Assembly (NCBI GenBank): GCA_951406725.2 | Contig: OX597828.1 | Span: 47,926,001 to 47,990,000, forward strand | Reading direction: 5' to 3' | DNA: 64,000 bases | DNA from: Octopus vulgaris | Lineage: Eukaryota | Shown here: piece by piece, positions 1 through 13,617 of the stretch | Layout: each line of letters opens with the position of its first letter | Position numbering within the stretch: the stretch's first letter is position 1 | The notes under the pieces: model-generated | What the model was told of the DNA's origin: nothing | Seen by the model: the letters and a program-made list of their open reading frames with translations, nothing else | Database searches by the model: none | Made by a program: the position numbers and the translations under genes

Positions 1-447
1 TCAGGCCGACCAAAGCCTTGTGAGTGGATTTGGTAGACGGAAACTGAAAGAAGCTCATCGTATATATGTATATATATATATATATATGCATGTGTGTGTT
101 TCTCCCCCCTAGCATTGCTTGACAACTGATGCTGGTGTGTTTATGTCCCCGTTACTTAGTAGTTCGGCAAAAGAGACCGATAGAATAAGTACTGGGCTTA
201 CAAAAGAATAAGTCCTGGGGTCGAGTTGCTCGACTAAAGGCGGTGCTCCAGCATGGCCGCAGTCAAATGACTGAAACAAGTAAAGAAAAGATACATATAT
301 ATCTATATCCATCATCATCACCATTGCTTAACATCTACTTTCCATGCTGGCATGGGTTGGACGGTTTGAACGAGGACTAGCAAGCCAGAAGGCTGTATCT
401 AATCTGTATCCAATCTAATCTGGCAATGTTTCTACAGCTGGATCCCT

Positions 448-630
448 GTTTTTTTTTTCTGTAATGAGATAAAAAAACCAAGGCTGTGTAGATTTTAGAA
501 CATTTATAGATAGAAGGTATCCTGTTTCCAGGATATTTATTATATCCTGGAAACAGCTGTAAGACCCATCTATAAATGTTCTAAAATCTACACAGCCTTG
601 GTTTCTTATCTCATTATGGAAAAAAAAAAA
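448..630. repeat. Imperfect hairpin (about 90-bp arms)
   Basis: ccaaggctgtgtagattttagaacatttatagat ... atctataaatgttctaaaatctacacagccttgg, with inner ctgtttccaggatat/atatcctggaaacag. Confidence 0.9.
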
Positions 631-1140
631 TTTATATACACACGCTGACATATGACCAACATTGAACCCCTTATTCACATAATCACCGAACCTGTTAACT
701 ATTGTCTGTCTATAGCACTTATTCAGCATTACCTGACACCTTTGGGTCTCAATGACACCATTGCCTCCTATATACATCACCGTCACCGTGATCGACCAGG
801 CTATCAGCTGTTGCTACACATCACTGGTCACAATGCGCTTCGCATTGTTTTAGCCTTCAAATGACGCCATCCCGCTAGTTAAGCGGGCAGGCCAACAGAA
901 GAAAGAGTGAGAGAAAGTTGTGGCGAAAGAGTACAGCAGGGATTGCCACCAACCCCTGCCGGAGCCTCATGGAGCTTTAGGTGTTTTCACTCAATAAAAA
1001 CTCACAATGCCCAGTCTGGGAATCGAAACCGCGAGTCCGCTGCGCTAACCACTGGGCCATTGCGCCTCCACCCTATATGTGTGTGTGATGGTGAATTCCC
1101 TTGTCGTGAACGACAAATGAAGTTTCTGTAAAATAAAGCA

Positions 1141-1450
1141 TTAATCATGTTCTATGGACACAAATATCTCAAGACCTGCTGGTGTCTTGCAAATCTTTTG
1201 GCAAAGGAAACAAATTGAGGACTCTGTTTGCTTGAGTGCTTGTGGATCATTTACTGTGTGCTTTCTTGGGTGGACAGCAAGGCCTGCTTTGCTTTGTGCC
1301 ACAAATCCACAATGACAAGTAAGGTTTCCATTTAGAGGAACAGCATTTTGCCAGTGTTCCTTCATGCTTGCATGAAGTTGGTCCCAGAGTTGGAGTTGAC
1401 TTCGCTCAAATCTTTGACCTGAGAAGTTGCTGTATTTAAATTTAAACAGT
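1141..1450 (-). mobile_element. LINE 3' remnant with C2H2-like zinc knuckles
   Basis: TCHCGFVAQSKAGLAVHPRKH and CFLCQKICKTPAGL. Confidence 0.6.
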
Positions 1451-2959
1451 CTTTTAAACAGAGGCGCAGGAGTGGCTGTGTGTTAAGTAGTTTGCTAACC
1501 AACCACATGGTTCCGGGTTCAGTCCCACTGCGTGGCATCTTGGGCAAGTGTCTTCTGCTATAGCCCTGGGCCGACCAATGCCTTGTGAGTGGATTTGGTA
1601 GACGGAAACTGAAACAAGCCTGTCGTATATATGTATATATGTAAAATCACCCACTACACTCTCGGAGTGGTTGGCGTTAGGAAGGGCATCCAGCTGTAGA
1701 AACACTGCCAGATCTGACTGGCCTGGTGCAGCCTTCGGGCTTGCCAGACCCCAGTTGAACCGTCCAACCCATGCTAGCATGGAAAGCGGACGTTAAACGA
1801 TGATGATGATGATATATATATATATGTGTGTTTGTCCCCCTAGCATTGCTTGACAACCGATGCTGGTGTGTTTATGTCCCCGTCACTTAGCGGTTCGGCA
1901 AAAGAGACCGATAGAATAAGTACTGGGCTTACAAAGAATACGTCCCGGGGTCGATTTGCTCGACTAAAGGCGGTGCTCCAGCATGGCCGCAGTCAAATGA
2001 CTGAAACAAGTGAAAGAGTAAAAAGAGTCTTATAGCCTCTGTTTGGAAACACCCAGTACGCCACACGAGTTTGACTGATTTTTGTGCAACGTAACTAATA
2101 GTAGCTCAAAATTAAATGGTATATATCTCTCTCACTGGAGGGAGTATTTTTGTTTGTTGATCCTACCAATAATGGAATTGTACATTATATACACACACAT
2201 GCACATTCATAATATGTAATGTATGTGTGTGTGTATCAGCAAGAAAATTGGTAAAGTAGAAACAAAACCTGCTTTTTTTTAATGAAGTCATCATCATCAT
2301 TTAACATCCGTTTTCCATGCTAGCATGGGTTGGACGGTTTTGACTGAGGGCTGGCAACCAGATGGCTGCACCAGGCTCGATCTGGCAGAGTTTCTACCAC
2401 TGGATGCCCTTCCTAACGCCAACCACTCCGAGAGTGTAGTGGGTGCTTTTTACATGTCACTGGCATGGGGGCCAGTCAGGCGGTACAGGCAATAACCTCT
2501 TTGTAATATTTGTTTTGTACCAAGTTACAAACACTCCCTTATTTTTGCTTTAGAAATACAGGGAATCATGATTGACCAGTTGAAAATCTGCAATCATTGT
2601 TAATTTTTCCTACCGAAATTTTACATAAATAAACAAATAAACTCATTAAGCTTTGATATTTTAATTGTTTATTCCAAAGTTTTACATGAGACAAAGAAGG
2701 AAGAGGAAAGGAAAAAAAAAAAGAAACCATTAAAATATTCCCTTATTCCATGGCATAGCAATGATGATGATAAATAAAATTGGATATTTTTGTTGTAGGT
2801 TTGAGTTTAAATTTTCTTTTTAATTTATTTTTGCGGCTTGATGAGCCACACAGATAGATGGACAGACAGACAGACACTTGAAAATACAACTTATTGAGAT
2901 TGTCTCTTTCCTTTTTAAAAGGGCAAAGAAAGAAAGCAAAAATAGTAACATAAATCTCT

Positions 2960-3944
2960 AATGTTGGTGCGAGGCCTCATATTTGGGGGGGGGGCGAGCA
3001 ATGTGGTCGTTTCGTACAAGTCCCCAATCCCCGCCCTTGGGTTCGACTGGGCTAACTATATTTCATCAACCCTGGAAGGATGAAAGGCAAGGTCAGGTCA
3101 GGTCACCTGCGATAGGATTTTAATTTAGAACATAAAGATATATAAGTATATAGCAGAAGGCATTTTCTTTCTTGCTCTGCACAAGGCCAGAAATATCCGA
3201 GGACAGAGCAGTCGATTAATTTAACTCCCAGTGTTTGACTGGTTATCCTATTGATCTCGGAAGGACGAAAGGCAAAATTGAACTCAGAACAAGAAGCGTC
3301 ATAAAAAATATTTTATCTATTGCTCCAACAATACGCTGTCTCCCACACCCTCTGAACAATAAAGGTTATTTTACATAGGCACAAGGCCCCAAATTTGATA
3401 GAGGAAGGGATAGGTTGACTACATCATCCCCAGTACACAACTGGTGCTTTATTTTATCAATCGTGGAGGGATGAAAAAGCAATGTCAACCTTGGTGGGAT
3501 TTGAACTCAGAATCTTAAGAGCCGGAATAAATACTACAAGGTATTTTGTTTTGATATCCTAATGATTCTGCCAGTCCAATGCTTTCCTATTTAAAAAAAA
3601 AAAAAATTTCTGGTATTTGTGAGATTACGAATGTTGTAGAAAGGAGCAAGTGGAATCAATTGTATTCAGCCCTCAGTATATTACTGTTAATAAAATAAGG
3701 ATTACTTAGATACAAAGCTGTACTTTGTTTTTGTTTGTTTTTTTATATATTTGTTTTATTTGTTTCAGTCATTACTGCAGCCATGCTGAAGCACTACTCC
3801 GAAGAATTTTTAGTCAAACAAATCAGTACAAACCCCAGTACTTTTTTAAGCTAGTACTTAGTCTATCGGTCTCTTACACTGAACCGCTAAGCTACTGGGA
3901 TATAAACACACCAACACCGGTTATCAAGCAATGGTGGGGGACAA

Positions 3945-3991
<47 letters not shown>

Positions 3992-6590
3992 CAATGGGCT
4001 TCTTTCAGTTTCCATCTATCAGATCTAATCAAGACTGTGGTCAACATGAAACTATAGTAGATGACACTTGCCCAAAGTGCCACACAGTGGGATTGAACCC
4101 AGAACCATGTGCGCCTTAAAAGAAAGAAAAAAAAGAAACGAAGAATAATTGGGTCAAATTGTTGAAATCATTCCCCCATTACATAACTGGTAATTTACTT
4201 CCTTAAGCTAGAAAATTAAATTCAAAGCTAATTTGACTTTGCCAGGATTTGAACTCACAACATCAACACACAACTAAATACCACAAGGTATTTTGTCTGT
4301 TGCTCCACCAGCCTGATGGAAATATCTATAATTTTTTTCTAACATAGGCACAGAAAAAAAAAAAAAAAAAGGGAGGGAGTTGATTGGTTAAACTGCCCCT
4401 AGTACTTATAAATGCCCAGTAAGGAATGAGAGGCAAAGCGTTACAGATGGGTTAAGTTAACGGAGGAAAGAAACTTAGATAAAAAAAAAAGGGGGTTACA
4501 CATTTTACTCATCACCACCCCTCAATCCCCCCTCCTCTCTCCCCTTCAACTAATCACGTCGAAGAATTACAGACAGGTTAAGTAATAGAGGAACGCAGCA
4601 GAATTATTATAAGATGGTTTCAAATTCTGACACAATGTCAACGAATTCTTTCTACTTAAGGTACAAAGCCAGAAATTTTAGGGCAAAGGGGGTTAGTTGA
4701 TTGTATTGATCCCAGTATTTCAGTTGTACTCTATTTTGTAAGGATGAAAGGTAAAGTTGACCTCGCCAGGATTTGAACTCGGAATGTAATGAGTCAGAAA
4801 AAGTGCAGCTAAGCATTCTGCCACCTTAATGATATTTTCTACTATAGGCACAAGGCCTGAAATCTCAAGGATGGGGACAGTCAATTACATCAACCCCAGT
4901 GCGTAACTGGTACTTATTTTATCGACCCCGAAAGGATGAGAGGCAAAGTTGAAATTCTTGGCGGAATTTGAACTCAAAATGTAGCAATGGGCAAAATACC
5001 GTTAAGCATTTAGTCCAGCACACTAACGATTCTGCCAGCTCACCACCTTAATAATGATGATGATTTCAAATTTTTGCCACAAGGGCAGCTTGGGGGAGGG
5101 AATTGAGTCAATTACATCGACTCCTGTGTCTCACTGGTACTTAATTTAACAACCCCGAAAGGATGCGAGGCAAAGTTGATCTTGGCGGAATTTGAACTCA
5201 GAATGTAGCAACGGGCGAAATACCGCTAAGCATTCTGACCAGCGTGCTAACGATTCTGCCAGCTTGCTGCCTTAATAACAATAAATAATAACCCTTTCCA
5301 CTGGAAGCACAAGACCTCAAATTTGGAGGAAGGGATTAAGTCAATTACATTGACCCCAGTGCGTAACTGGTACTAATTTTATCGACTCTGAAAGGATGAA
5401 AGGTGAAGTTGACCTTGGCAGAAAATGAACTCAGAATGTAATGATGGATGAAGCGCCACTAAGCGTTGTGCCTGGCATGCTAACAATTCTGCCAGCACCT
5501 GCCTTAAATAATAATAATCTTTACTGTAAACACAAGACTTGGAATTTTAAGGGAAGGAGAGAGCAAGTCAAATATATTGGCCCTCCCAGTGCTTAACTAG
5601 TACTTATTTAACTGACCCCGAAAGAATGAAAGGCAATGTCAACCTTAGAGGAATTTGAACTCAGAACGTAAAGACAGGCAAAATATTATTAAGAATTTTG
5701 TCCAGCATAATAACAATTCTGCCAGCTTACTGCCTTAATAATAATAATCTACTATAGGGGCACAAGGCTTGAAATTTTGGGCAAGAGAAATCTTATTTTA
5801 TTGACCCTAAATGGATGAATAGCAAAGTTGACCTTGGTGGAATTTGAACTCAATAATAATCATAATAATAATAATTCTTTCTACTGGAGGCACAAGGCCT
5901 CAAATTTGTAGGGAGGAGACTAATCAATAACACTGACCCCCAGTGTTTCACTGGTACTTAATTTATCAACCCCGAAAGGATAAAAGGCAAGGTCAACCTC
6001 AGCAGAATTTGAACTCAGAACGTAGTGACAGGTGGAATACTGCTAAGCATTTCATCCAGCATGCTAACGATTCTGTCAGCTCGACACCTTAATAAATAAT
6101 TATAATCCTTTCTGCTATAGGCACAAGCCTGAAATTTTAGGGGGGAAGTGGGTGGCAGTCGATTAGATCAACTCCAGTACACAGCTGGTACTTAAATTAT
6201 CAACCCCCGAAAGGATGAAAGGCAAAGTCGACCTCAGTAGAATTTGAACTCAGAACGTAAGGCCAGACGAAATACTGCTAAGCATTTTGCCCAGCATGCT
6301 AACGATTCTACCAGCTCGCCACTTTAATAATAATAATAACAACAACAATTAAGATTGTTCTAACATTGGCAGAAGGCCACAAGTTTGGAGGGATGGATAC
6401 AATTGATTGACTCAGCCCCAGTAAATGACAGGTATTTTATCAATTCCAGAAGGGTGCAAAGTAAAATCGATACCCAGCGGGATTCAGACCCATAAAGGAA
6501 CAGCACTAAATACAACAAGGCATTAAAAAAAAAATTTTTTGTTTATGCTGCTCAATCAATTCTGCTATTTCACCTTGATTACGATAACAA
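2960..6590 (-). mobile_element. Cluster of about 14 co-oriented tRNA-SINE family B copies (solo copies at 12848-13078, 27575-27810, 39447-39680 and others)
   Basis: Minus strand ggcgagctggcagaatcgttag (A box) ... gagttcaaattcc (B box) ... gcctttcatcctttcggggtcgataaa central domain. Solo copies carry TSDs (atactcaatacc; atagcaactatatata). Confidence 0.9.
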
Positions 6591-8049
6591 TAATATTGAG
6601 AAAAATATAGATTTAGGGCAAGAATATATTGAAACAGGGTGAACAAGGTTTTTAAAAAAACATGTTTGATGATGATGATGATGATGATGGTGAAAATGGC
6701 AGAGATGAGAAAAGAATCAAAATTTAATCAGGGATTTCAATAAAAAGTAGATTAGTGAGAAAATTTTATTTTCATTTAAAAAGAGAGAAAAAAAAAATAA
6801 ATAAGAATAAACAAAATGCAATTAATGGCTGGGAAAAAAATGAAAAATTTATTAAAAATGATGGGAGTAAGGGGGAAGGGAGATTGTTTCAATGGAAAAG
6901 AAAGAGAATGGTTGATGTGGAACCGGAGTCCTGCTGGTCTGACTAGAAGCATTCTGGACAATTATATTCTATTATAAATGAGAAGTGGAATCAGGGTTTG
7001 TAGCAGGGGTGAGGACAAGATTTTGGGCTTTTCAACATAATACTATAAAATATTCAAGAATTTATTTATTTATTTATTTATTTGTGTATTTATTTTTCTT
7101 AAAATAGTTGCAATTTTGCCTTTTGGATTAAAAAGGAAATTTGAGGAAACAATAAAATTAAATGTAATATTCTTACAGTCTTGTCTTTCTCGAGAAACAG
7201 CCAAATAAGTGATTGAAGGAAGAAGAAGGATTAAATTAGATCGGATTAACAACACTGATTGAAGTGAAATGTCAGTGGAGTGGAGCAGAGTGGAAGTGAG
7301 TCGAGTCAAGTCAAGTGAATTCGAGTGAAATGATTTTCAAAAAAAAAATAAAATATAATAAAATAAAATAAAGGCAATGAAAATAAAAGAACTTGGTAAA
7401 AATTACCTTTAACGAGTTCAAAACAGTCCAACAGCTGTGGCTGTCGGATTATATGCGTGTGTGTGTGTGTGTTTGAGAGACAGACAGATAACAGGAGTGA
7501 ATGGGTGAGTGAAAGAGAGAAAAGAGTGATAGTCAAAGAGTTATGAAGTTTAGAAAAGGGAATGGGATGAATGTCTCTGTATCACAGTAGAACAGTTGTC
7601 ATACAACTACTATTATACATACAGGCGAAGAGGTAGGAACATGATTTGGTGGGGGGAAGGGGGCCGGAGTGGGGGTGAAGGTCAAGTAGATAGGTAGAGG
7701 CAGAATAACTCAGTGGTGGTTGGTGGTCATTGTGGCGGCGGCAGTGTTGGTGGTGATGGAAGATGTGGTGTCGGTTGGGGGCGAAGAGGGCTGAATGATC
7801 ATAACTAGATTAAGGAGAGGGAAAAAAAAAAAAAAAAAAGGGATCTTTTTCTTTTTCGTCTCTTCTCCGCCAAAACCAAACAAATTAGAAGCAGAGTATT
7901 TAAGTCAAAGGAGAGCTGGATCTAATCCAGTTCTTTCCCCCAATCACACACATAGCATACATATATACAAACACACACAGCTTTATGTGTGAGCTCACCT
8001 CTTTTCTTTTACAATTCTATATATGATAGAAAGTATTTTTGCAGTTTTC

Positions 8050-8085
<36 letters not shown>

Positions 8086-8139
8086 CAAACATATATACAC
8101 ACTATATAAAATATACCATTACTTACAAACTAAGAAAAA

Positions 8140-9109
8140 TCCAACTTTTGAAACAATATTTTATTTAATAATTTCCGTCTAATTTCTTTGTTATTGTTAG
8201 TGATAATTTGTGTACAGTCCACTAGTCCTTCCTTCCACCCGCAATCAACTGTTACAAACATTTCCAGATCTCCAAACTCGTAACACCAGGATGAGCACAG
8301 GCAATCATTAAAATATCAACACCAGTCTTGTTGGACACACAAACACACACACATCGTTTCATTCTTCAGCTGGAGACCCTGGGTTCTAAGAGTGCACAGA
8401 TTTCTGAAATCAAGGATTACATCAAACAATTTCTAACATAAGCACACAGCCACAATGTTGTTTGGTCTTTTTTTTCTTTTTTCTTTTGATTCGCGAGTAA
8501 AGTCAGGTGGCGAATATAGAATTTTAAATAAATTCAATCTCCAGATCCCATGCATGAAAGGTGCTTAAACTTTTTTTTTTATTTTCTTATATTCAATCAG
8601 GAAGAAACAAAAACAAAGTCAACCCTCAAACAGAACATATGGAAGAACATAGCTAAATACCATGAATGGCGTTTTAGTTTCTTCTGTCCAAAACTCCATC
8701 AAATTCCACCACCCACTCTCCATAGAAACTGACAAAGAAAATTAGTCTAGAAATCAAAAGTAGAAGACCGTCAACAAAACCAAGTTGGATTTTTACTTAC
8801 ACACACACATCTAAATATATATCTACCGTCTCATAGCCGTAAGGCCTTTCTTCTGTATGTATATTTATATTTGTACCAACTACCTCCTGTATCGTGTTTG
8901 CTGTAGTCACTGTCCTGTCCTTTACATTTGCTCATTTATTCCCAGCAACTTTTTTGCTTTTGAAACTACCAAAATGAACAATACTATCGTTAAAGGTGTG
9001 AAAATGTAATGACTTTTGGACAATAACTAACGAGGAAAGAACATGCCTATGTCTTGGTGTGAATTCTCATTGTGCTCTTTTGTCATCCTTCTATGCAATT
9101 TTTAAATCT

Positions 9110-9157
<48 letters not shown>

Positions 9158-9848
9158 ACGTGACCGACCAGTCCATCAGATGTAGTTACACATCGCTGGT
9201 CACAATGCATTCGCATTGTTTTAGCCTTCGAATGACGCCACCCCGCTGGCTAAGCGAGCAGGCCAACAGAAGAAAGAGTGGTAAAAGAGTACAGCAGGGA
9301 TCACCACCCCCTGCTGGAGCCTCGTGGAGCTTTTTTTTTAAGGTGTTTTCGCTCAATAAACACTCACAACATATACATATATACACACACACATACATGC
9401 AGTTTCAACTAGGTACAGATAATCACACACCCCAGATAAACTTTATTGCCCATAGAGCCACCTAAGAAAATGTGTGTGTGTGTGTGTGTGTGTGTAAATA
9501 TTAAATATATACGCATGCCGATGTGCATGCAGCACGGCTGCTGGTCGGATAAGGCAATAATTCGAAAAGCCATGATGCCTGAAGAATTCTTACAGCTTAA
9601 AAGTAGAGAGGTGAACTGGAGGAAAGGAAAGCTGGTAATTCACAGACTGGAGAGAAACCATTACTGGGACAAGAATGCTGCTTCTTAGTGTACAACATTT
9701 TTGTTTCTATTTGTGTGTGCACAAATACACACCTCTATGTGTGTGTGTGTGTGCTTTTTATGTCCCATTAATGCGTTGAGCTAATGATTGGGTGCATGCA
9801 TGCACACAACACTTGCATATCAATGTCTATACTCACTCATGCTCACAG

Positions 9849-9912
<64 letters not shown>

Positions 9913-10372
9913 GTATTCATTTCTCGTATACATGAACAGACAAAATTTGATTGGCTGAAATGGAGAGGAAGAAGAGATGGAGAAGAAAAAAATGAAAATA
10001 TTTAGAGAGAAATGGAGGGGGGGGGTGACCCACGTTCAGAAAGAGTGTCAAATATTTCCTAAAGAAAAAAAAAAAACAAATAATCGTCTATGTTTGGGCT
10101 TTTGGTTGACTTTGTTGACGGAGGATGAACTCCAAAGTGATCACTATAAGTGGTGTTTGTGGTCATGTTAGTGGTATTTGTGGCAGTAGTAGTAGTGGTG
10201 CTGGTGCCAGTGCTAGTAGTGGCAGCAGCTATGGTGATGGTGGTGATGATAATGGTCATCGCCATGGTGGTAGTGATGATGATGATGATGATGATGATGC
10301 AAGCAGTGTTCACAATTGCAGCATGGCGCCGTTTGTAGTCCCGTGTTGATGATGGCCAACACCTCACTTACT

Positions 10373-10411
<39 letters not shown>

Positions 10412-11055
10412 AGAACAACTGTCTCCCTTAGATTTGTAGTGACCAGTTCATTATCTCTTCAGATAATACATCCATTTCTATTTGTCTATCTATATATTTT
10501 TTATTTATTTATTCATTTTTTTTACCTAATCATTATTATTGTTGTTGATGTTACTACTACTACTATTATTATTATTACAGCAAGGAGAGTCTCAGATATT
10601 GATCTCAGGTAGAAGACGAGAGAGAGAGAGAAAGAAACAAAACAAAAACTCCATGTTGGGTGAGGCACAGGTCATGTGACCTGCTGCACCCACAAACCAC
10701 AAAAACCATTAGGAATTCCTGAGTGGTTTACCAAACAGTTTCAGGAGTTGTAGCTATTGTTGTTGTTGTAGTTTCCATATTGCTCATCCTTACCTTTCAC
10801 TGACCCCCCACAACTACTACTACCACCATCATCATCATCATCATGATAGCTGCTACTAATACTTCTTTCTACTACGACTATAACTTTAACTACAATATCT
10901 ACCACTACCACCACCATCACCACCACCACTGTCACTGCTGCTGCTGCTACAGTCAACACCAGACCCTGCTGCTGCTGCTGCTACTGCTGCTGCATTCAGT
11001 TCCATCCTTGCCCAAGAAGAGAGAGAGGGGAGAGAAGAAGAAATCAAAACAGCCT
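8140..11055 (-). other. Probable MEK 3' UTR, rich in simple repeats; candidate AATAAA at 8160-8165
   Basis: The AATAAA has upstream TGTA motifs and a downstream U/GU-rich tract with (TG)n. Other AATAAA sites exist (about 7065, 2668), so the true end is unknown. Confidence 0.4.
10150..10995. repeat. Mixed trinucleotide/dinucleotide repeats (GAT, GTG, CAG, CAC, CA, GA) in the proximal 3' UTR
   Basis: Directly visible; cause the poly-H/M/V/L pseudo-ORFs. Confidence 0.9.
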
Positions 11056-11151
11056 TCAGCCTTGTTGTTCCGGATCCATGCCCATCACTTTACATAACCA
11101 ATATCCGACATCAATAGGTTCTGCCTCGGCTTTCCTCACAAATGGATGGTC
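11056..11151 (-). CDS. MAP2K1: MEK terminal coding exon 11: DHPFVRKAEAEPIDVGYWLCKVMGMDPEQQG*
   Basis: ggactttag|GAC; matches [20 protein letters not shown]; TGA at 11056-11058. Confidence 0.95.
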   Translation of the reverse strand, partial: DHPFVRKAEAEPIDVGYWLCKVMGMDPEQQG

Positions 11152-11311
11152 CTAAAGTCCAGAGAAGAATTGGAAAAAAAAAAATAGAAAAAAAAACAAT
11201 ATAAGACTGAGAACAAAGGAAGAAGAAAAATTTTAGATTTTTGGAGGGTTGAATCACACAAAATATTTACTAAACACCTCTGACCTAATCCTCTTTCCTC
11301 CCCCACACCAC

Positions 11312-12103
11312 CACCTCAACTGATTCTCACAGCCAACCACACCTTCAACTGATACCCATGGCCAACCACACCTTCAACTGATACCCACGGCCAACCACAC
11401 CCTCAACTGATACCCACGGCCAACCACACCCTCAACTGATACCCACGGCCAACCACACCCTCAACTGATACCCACGGCCAACCACACCCTCAACTGATAC
11501 CCACGGCCAACCACACCCTCAACTGATACCCACGGCCAACCACACCCTCAACTGATACCCACGGCCAACCACACCCTCAACTGATACCCACGGCCAACCA
11601 CACCCTCAACTGATACCCACGGCCAACCACACCCTCAACTGATACCCACGGCCAACCACACCCTCAACTGACACCCACGGCCAACCACACCCTCAACTGA
11701 CACCCACGGCCAACCACACCTCAACTGATACCCACGGCCAACCACACCCTCAACTGATACCCACGGCCAACCACACCCTCAACTGATACCCATAGCCAAC
11801 CACACCCTCAACTGATACCCATGGCCAACCACACCTTCAACTGATACCCATGGCCAACCACACCCTCAACTGATACCCACGGCCAACCACACCCTCAACT
11901 GATACCCACGGCCAACCACACCCTCAACTGATACCCACGGCCAACCACACCCTCAACTGATACCCACGGCCAACCACACCCTCAACTGATACCCACGGCC
12001 AACCACACCTCAACTGATACCCACGGCCAACCACACCCTCAACTGATACCCACGGCCAACCACACCCTCAACTGATACCCACGGCCAACCACACCCTCAA
12101 CTG
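11312..12103. repeat. 29-bp minisatellite, about 27 copies (caactgatacccacggccaaccacaccct)
   Basis: Contiguous near-identical units without spacers. Confidence 0.97.
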
Positions 12104-12516
12104 GCCTCACCATTTTCTGCACTCTAGTGCAGGCAAATGGCTTAATGGTTAGGGTGCTGGACTCATGATCATAAGATTGCAGTTTCCTTTCCTGAACCAG
12201 GCAATGCATTGTGTTCTTGGGCAAAACACTTCATTTCACATTGTTCCAGTTCACTCAAGTGGAAAAAAAAATGAGTAATTCTGTGACAGACCAGCATCCC
12301 ATCCAGGGAGGAATATACACGCCAGAAAAACAGGGAAGCCAACCCTATGCTCCTTACAGAGTAATGTGGACTAACCTATTACCACGTCTGTCCATCGAAC
12401 TTTTGCAAACCCAATATTCTGTACCACTTCTCTCATAGTCACCTTCCTTATCACTTGAGATTATCCCCAGACATTTTCACTATTTTCTCTCTTTCCCTAA
12501 TAGGGTAGCTATGTGG

Positions 12517-13103
12517 ATGGAAGCACTCCGTCGGTTACGACGATGAGGGTTCTGGTTGATCCGAATCAACGGAACAGCCTGCTCGTGAAATTAATGTGTA
12601 AGTGGCTGAGCACTCCACAGGCACGTGCACCCCTAACGTAGTTCTCGGGGATATTCAGCGTGACACAGAGAGTGACAAGGCCGGCCCCTTGAAATACAGG
12701 TACAACAGAAACAGGAAGTAAGAGTGAGAGAAAGTTGTGGTGAAAGAGTACAGCAGGGATCACCACCATCCCCTGCCGGAGCCTCGTGGAGCTTTAGGTG
12801 TTTTCGCTCAATAAACACTCACAATGCCCGGTCTGGGAATCGAAACCTATTTCTTTATTACCCACAAGGGGCTAAACACAGAGGGGACAAACAAGGACAT
12901 ACATAGGTATTAAGTCGATTACATCGACCCCAGTGCGTAACTGGTACTTAATTTATCGACCCCGAAAGGATGAAGGGCAAAGTCGACCTCGGCGGAATTT
13001 GAACTCACAACGTAACGCAGACGAAATACCGCTAAGCATTTCACCCGACGTGCTACCGTTTCTGCCAGCTCGCTGCCCTAACCACTGGGCCATTGCGCCT
13101 CCA
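12517..13103 (-). mobile_element. tRNA-SINE family D with nested family B copy (other D copies 32375-32700, 41610-41990; same head with a different tail at 780-1071, 9157-9370, 45790-46085)
   Basis: Head ggcgcaatggcccagtggttagggcagcggactc...ggtttcgattccc; TSD tagggtagctatgt (and ggtgaccttaat for the 32375 copy). Confidence 0.9.
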
Positions 13104-13329
13104 CTAGGGTAGCTATGTATCACTTGGCATTAAGCCACTTCCCTCAATACATCACTCTACTCAGTTGATGAGTCTGGTTTTGTGAGTTGCTCGGTGACCT
13201 TACAAATTAATGCTGGTGCCACATAAAAAGCACCCAGAAGAAGAAGAAGAAAGATATGAAGAAGATGACGAACAATCATAAATCCAGCATTCTTTTAACT
13301 GAAGATAAATATACAATTACAACAATTAC

Positions 13330-13581
13330 TTTAGAAGCTAGGATCACCAAGCATTGATTGGCATATTTTGGTCATATTATGCAGAGAAAATCCCTGGAGA
13401 AGGACATCATGCTCGGAATGGTCAGTGGCAAGAAAGGAAGAGGTCGACCAAGAACCCGCTGGCTTGACACCATCAAGAATGATACCAGAATGGACATAGC
13501 CAATTTGAAAGAAGCGACCCAGGATAGAACTGACTGGAGGACACTGATCCATCGAGTAACTGAGAGTCGACTTCGACTGAG

Positions 13582-13586
<5 letters not shown>
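13330..13586 (+). mobile_element. RTE-clade LINE 3' fragment
   Basis: YFGHIMQRKSLEKDIMLGMVSGKKGRGRPRTRWLD...DRTDWRTLIHRVTESR, the typical RTE/BovB C-terminus, followed by (TA)n. Confidence 0.9.

Positions 13587-13617
<31 letters not shown>

Noticed and set aside
11040-11058. Stop-codon readthrough into the CAG-rich UTR
   Set aside because: The context is TGA-AGG, not a known leaky motif.
11312-12103. CRISPR-like array
   Set aside because: Units are contiguous with no unique spacers, there are no cas genes, and the context is a eukaryotic intron.
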